Of a stretch of DNA of 64,000 nucleotides, positions 63,136-64,000 are shown piece by piece. A model generated the notes under the pieces. That model was not told the origin of the DNA. It saw only the letters and a list, made by a program, of their open reading frames with translations, and searched no databases. How positions within the stretch are numbered: position 1 is the first letter of the stretch; each line of letters starts with the position of its first letter. Source of the DNA: Bdellovibrionales bacterium (GTDB lineage Bacteria > Bdellovibrionota > Bdellovibrionia > Bdellovibrionales > UBA1609); NCBI GenBank assembly GCA_965219095.1, contig CBDCMT010000001.1, positions 32,001 through 96,000 of the forward strand. The letters are read 5' to 3'. The position numbers and the translations under genes are program-made.

Positions 63136-63265
63136 TCTCAAAATAAAAGAATAAAAGAGTGGTATGAGTCGAAATAGGGGAGTAATTCTTAACGTAACTC
63201 ATACCCATTTGATCTTTTAATCTTCTCTACATAATAATACAGGGAATATACGGATTTTAAAAATA

Positions 63266-64000
63266 TCAAAGGTGTGGGGACAAAAGGTTATCCTCTGTTT
63301 GATACACAAGGCCTTGAATTTCAAAACCCCTATCAGAAGAATCATGATGATCAGAACCAGAAACAAACTCCACAATCATTTTGTTCCCATCTCCTCCTTC
63401 TGTCACAAACTGACCTAAATCTCCTCCGCCTCTTAAAGTTTCGAGTTTCTTGCCCTTTTCTCCTTCATCTGAAACTAGAAAAATATGAACTGCATCTAAT
63501 AAGTGCAGTTTAAACTTTGAAAAACTCACCGCCACTTTTACAGCTTTTTTAGGAGCTTTCAGAGTCCAAGTGTATACCTCACCTCTCTTATAGTTATGAG
63601 GAGATACGAGGGTGTGTTCTTGAAAAGCAGTCCAGAAACGGGAATCATTGGGGTCAATGAGATTGCGTTCATTATTGAGAGCACGTCGGGCATTGATAAA
63701 GCCACCGGACAGAGAACGTTCTTTCAAGCTTGTTTGAAGATCAGAAGTCCAAATCAAACGAGATTTGATTTCTTTATAACTTATTTCAGGATCAACTGCC
63801 TTCATAAGAGCTGCTACACCTGTCACATGAGGAGCTGCCATAGAAGTCCCACTGATGGACTTATACTTTCCATTTCTAACGGTGCTTAAAATGTTTTCAC
63901 CAGGAGCAAAAACATGAACCAAACGTTTTCCATAATTAGACATACCGCTCTTCTCTCCATTAGCCCGCATTGCTCCCACAGAAATAATATTATCTACACC
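63266..64000 (-). CDS. S8 (subtilisin) serine protease, 3' part, with a C-terminal CUB-like domain
   Basis: VFAPGENILST and catalytic SGTSMAAPHVTG; SPHNY...FVS...RGF CUB-like tail. Runs off the right edge. Confidence 0.9.
   Translation of the reverse strand, partial: GVDNIISVGAMRANGEKSGMSNYGKRLVHVFAPGENILSTVRNGKYKSISGTSMAAPHVTGVAALMKAVDPEISYKEIKSRLIWTSDLQTSLKERSLSGGFINARRALNNERNLIDPNDSRFWTAFQEHTLVSPHNYKRGEVYTWTLKAPKKAVKVAVSFSKFKLHLLDAVHIFLVSDEGEKGKKLETLRGGGDLGQFVTEGGDGNKMIVEFVSGSDHHDSSDRGFEIQGLVYQTEDNLLSPHL

Overview
This is an AT-rich bacterial window. A TIGR02147 regulator, FabMG and an Ig-repeat/vWA lipoprotein suggest Bdellovibrionota/Oligoflexia (inference). By eye, roughly 30% is insertion-sequence DNA: IS481, IS3, ISL3, IS1634 (two types), IS630, IS66, IS256, IS30, IS982, IS5 and IS200/605 relics, plus several MITEs. 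The main finding is a candidate N-N (hydrazine) bond-forming biosynthetic gene cluster. It comprises a cupin/MetRS-like didomain enzyme, a DAO-family flavoenzyme, an MbtG-like Lys/Orn N-hydroxylase, an ATP-grasp ligase, a GNAT, an MSOX/MTOX-family oxidase and a MATE exporter. The cluster is hidden because an IS630 splits it into two blocks (7855-12765 and 23815-28178). That IS630 is itself split by a 9.66-kb IS481-bounded segment with a 7-bp target duplication. The window also carries a duplicated operon of secreted proteins, including a family with a constant N-terminus, a variable-length helical stalk and a variable Cys-rich head. Other content: two ~1000-aa paralogues with reciprocal homopolymer frameshifts, tRNA-Asn, and truncated scpB, speA, nhaP-like, trpS and fabMG genes. 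Three near-perfect inverted duplications may be amplification or assembly chimeras. All calls come from reading the sequence and recognising motifs; no searches were run.
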